From positions 131,936,001 to 132,000,000 of the forward strand of contig NC_043000.1 in the NCBI RefSeq assembly GCF_006345805.1: a stretch of 64,000 nt of DNA. The letters are read 5' to 3'. The translations under genes were made by a program, and so were the position numbers. Positions 60,761-64,000 of this stretch are shown piece after piece (position 1 is the stretch's first letter; each line of letters starts with the position of its first letter). The notes under the pieces were generated by a model that searched no databases, had not been told where the DNA came from, and saw only the letters and a list, made by a program, of their open reading frames with translations. This DNA is from Octopus sinensis. Taxonomy: Eukaryota.

Positions 60761-61664
60761 GTAAATTAAAGTCTTCTTTTCTTACAGTTCAATTAATTTT
60801 AGGATTTTTTTTTTTTGTATTTCTAAATTTGTACCTGTTTAAAGAAATGGGATTAATTTTGTTAACAATTAATTTTTTATTGAATCAGTAGGTCATCATC
60901 ATTAATAATTGACCCAGTGTTTTGGGAAACATGTTAATTAATGTCTTTATCTTTGTTATTGCTGTTGTTGTCATCTTTGTCACTATTATCATTTCTTTCC
61001 AAAAGGGTTCAAAGCGTCAACTACTTGGTATTTTAAACCAAGGTTAGGTAGAGCTCTCCAACCCTGTAAGGTATTTCTCCTAGGAGAAGGCCACTCCAAT
61101 GTAAAACTTTCAGCTTGCTTGTCATTGTAGCTGTCTTAGCCCTCTGAGCCATTGTGGTCAGACCTTCAAGCCCAAAGAATGGGATTGGGTTGCATGGACT
61201 GACTCTCCCTTTAAAACTACTAAATGTAGGCAAAAAGAAGAGCCCTGCAGCATCAATAATTGGTTTACCTTGGCCCTTCTGGGCATGCCATTCTCCCACA
61301 TGATCTTTGGACAAAAAGAAACTGCTGCCAACATCATTTCAAACAAGTGTTTCATAGCAATACATAAGAATTTGTACAGATAGTTTACAAAGTGGATTAA
61401 GTTAACGTGTTGTGAAGAAAAGTAAAGAGCAATCTGATATTTTGGACATGGCCAGTCCTTACCAAAGCATTAGATACCTCCTCTTCTTCATGATAATGTA
61501 TTCTCACTTTGTAATCTACTTTTATATACTATGTGCTGATGCAAACCGTCACTAGCTGCCTATTATTCTTCTGTTGCACATTGTAGTCAGTCATTTATTT
61601 AGTCTGCTTTTCTACATCTCTCCCATTATGACTGATAATATTGATATTAATTTTGTTTTGTTAG

Positions 61665-61813
61665 AATCCTCCATCAATTCCAACACTTGCTGTTGTTTGG
61701 GTAGTTGCTGCTATTCGCCGGTCAAAAGTCATCATAGATTGGCATAACTATGGCTACAGCATTTTGGGTCTTACTCTTGGACATCAACACCCACTTGTCA
61801 AGTTTTCCAAATG
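61665..61813 (+). CDS. ALG1: ALG1 coding exon 4
   Basis: NPPSIPTLAVVW..IIDWHNYGYSILGL..HPLVKFSKW; 149 nt. Confidence 0.96.
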
Positions 61814-62124
61814 GTAAGCAATGTTTATATATATATAATTCCGTCATGGTTCTAATTGCATTGATTTTCATCAGCATTCAGTTCCTGACTGCAATTTCTA
61901 TTAGAATCAACCAGTTTATTTCTGCATTCAATTATTCATACATGTAGTTGTTGAATGGTGGGGGAGCCGGTTTGACAACTTGCAATTATGTTATAAGTTG
62001 CATACTATGTATAATAAATGAACCATATTTCAGGTCTATATATAATATCACAGTTTCTACTTTTTTTTTTATTGTTTAACAAATTTTAATCTAAATTGCA
62101 TTTGTAAAGTTTTTCCATTATTTA

Positions 62125-62526
62125 GATCTTTTCGGTTTGAATGGCAGTTTTTAACATAATTTCTAGGTAACTAAAAAATTTTAAACTTCGTATACTGATA
62201 GAATGTATTTATAAAACATCTTTTTCTCTTGGCTTTATTGAGAAAATTCTATAGTTTGTAAGGTATTTGTTGTTTTATTTCTGCAATTTCAACCAATCAA
62301 TGACGTCCATTGAGGTAAAAAAAACATTCTGTGCCGTATGAATATGTCCCTCGTTTAAGAAACAGATTGGGTTTATTTACATTTGTGAAGAAAAAAAGAT
62401 ACCCTTCCCCCCACCCCTAACCCTAAAACAGATTGAAATGCAATAGATCGATACTAGGGTCATAATTATGGGTGACAATTTCATATGACACCGCTAGAAA
62501 AAACTGCCGTTCAAACCGAAAAGATC
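62125..62526. mobile_element. MITE with 28-bp terminal inverted repeats (ALG1 intron 4)
   Basis: GATCTTTTCGGTTTGAATGGCAGTTTTT / AAAAACTGCCGTTCAAACCGAAAAGATC, 27 of 28 match; internal CCCTAACCCTAA. Confidence 0.8.
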
Positions 62527-63375
62527 CCATTATTTTATTCTTGCTGTCCCCCTTTGTTTCTCCATTAGTGATCTTTGTTATCTGTATTCTAATTCTGTTT
62601 GCTATCACAGGAGCAGCATAGCCATTATTTTAGTTTCTTTGTGCTCTAAGCTTAAGCATGGTTTACATTGGCTTTGCCTTTCATTACTTTCATGTCAATA
62701 AACTCCAATAATATATATAAGCAGGGTGATTCAAAAAAATGTTCTTAATCCCTTCAAGATTGTGAAATATTGTCAATGCTAATTTTCTTTAATTTCCTAC
62801 AAGTATGAATCTTTATTTCAGAGCAAAATTTGGTGATTTCAAGGAGGAAATTGTTTTTAGATTGAAAAATTCATCATTATTATTCATATGGCGGTGCGCC
62901 AGCATGGCCACAGCTCATAAGCTGAAACTGGAAAAATCAAAATCAAAATCAAATATGATTTTTACTAAATTTAATTTTATTAATGTTGATTTTATGGAAG
63001 CTAATATTAAGTTAGAATAAAATGGTTAGTGTTTTTCAATAAATTGTGTTGTATACAAGACTGCTTTTTGTATAAAGTGGGGAGAGGGAGTCAGGATGGT
63101 AAGAAAATAAAGAAAAAGAAGTTTTAGGAATACTGGTATTACATCATTTGCATTGACTACATTAACTGCCTTGGGAAAACTTACAAAAGCTATTGGTCCT
63201 GTTCCTGCTGATGATCCTTTGACTAAATAAGGAATACAAGAAACTATTATTAGTAGCAGTGCACTCTCAGCAGAAAACTAATTAACATTTCTGTAATTAA
63301 ACAGGTGAAATTGTTGTAATATTTTATTGAAATGGAATAAAGCCATAGAATAATAACTGTATTGCACTTTTGTAG

Positions 63376-63465
63376 GTTTGAAAAGACATTTGGCCGATTT
63401 GCAAATGGAAATTTGTGTGTTACAGATGCCATGAAGAAAGATCTGCATGAAAACTGGAAGATTAA
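63376..63465 (+). CDS. ALG1: ALG1 coding exon 5 (gene continues beyond the window)
   Basis: FEKTFGRFANGNLCVTDAMKKDLHENW; tgtag| ... |gtgagt; 90 nt. Confidence 0.95.
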
Positions 63466-64000
63466 GTGAGTTTACTCTTTGAGCATTTGTTGGCCCTCTT
63501 GAAAGCATTAATATAATCCTTATTAGAATATTGCAACCATCTAAATACTCATCAAACCTTCATTTGACCAGTAATCCAATGATATGCTGTATCTTCCCTT
63601 TTATTCATCTACACCAAGTACAATAGCCTCTGCTTCTCTCAACTAGTAAACTGTAGTGTAACTGACCAAACCTACTTGAAATCTGAAACTGTCTTCTGCA
63701 AAAATTGAAATTATACATCAACAGCTGTGAGAACTGTTTGATTTCTTCAAACTTTTAGTAAAAGCGACAACTATTTTGGCCTTTAGAATGTCGACAATAT
63801 ATGGTCCACCTCCAGCAAATCACTGTATTTCTAGCAGACACTTTCCATAGCCTTTCATTTGTAAATAAGCACCAGGAGAAAGTTCAGTTGATTGCTGTAG
63901 TTAGTCATGTTATGTTGTAGTTGCTGAACATGTTAATAATATGCAGTACTGGATTCAAATACTTCCAAAGAAAGTCCTATCCAACCCTAGCTTGTGGGGA

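Noticed and set aside
61033-61355. Overlapping minus-strand ORFs in ALG1 intron 3
   Set aside because: No recognisable domain or splice context; probably a repeat fragment

Overview
AT-rich, microsatellite-rich eukaryotic DNA, most likely from an octopod cephalopod (inferred from the 5S sequence and the tRNA-derived SINE families). 1-10.4 kb is a homogenised tandem 5S rDNA array (about 495 bp unit, 21 complete minus-strand genes, partial 4-mer higher-order structure). At 10.4-12.1 kb the array breaks up through microhomology-joined inversions. 12-25 kb holds a decayed RTE LINE, a foldback element, two Penelope-like elements of different types with type I hammerhead ribozyme motifs, and a Merlin/ISXO2 transposase relic. 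25.4-42.7 kb contains 13 dispersed 5S genes in both orientations, 11 of them inside an approximately 14.7 kb imperfect palindrome built from a three-gene 5S module that occurs three times. A young Mag-like Ty3/Gypsy element (238/240 bp LTRs, GGCAG target-site duplication) sits in a second copy of the RTE relic at 43.5-48.1 kb. A hairpin with two opposed hammerhead motifs, SINEs and MITEs follows. The only clear host protein gene is ALG1 (first five coding exons, 55.7-63.5 kb, continuing beyond the window). Many 1-bp homopolymer indels suggest residual long-read errors. All alignments and folds were done by eye.
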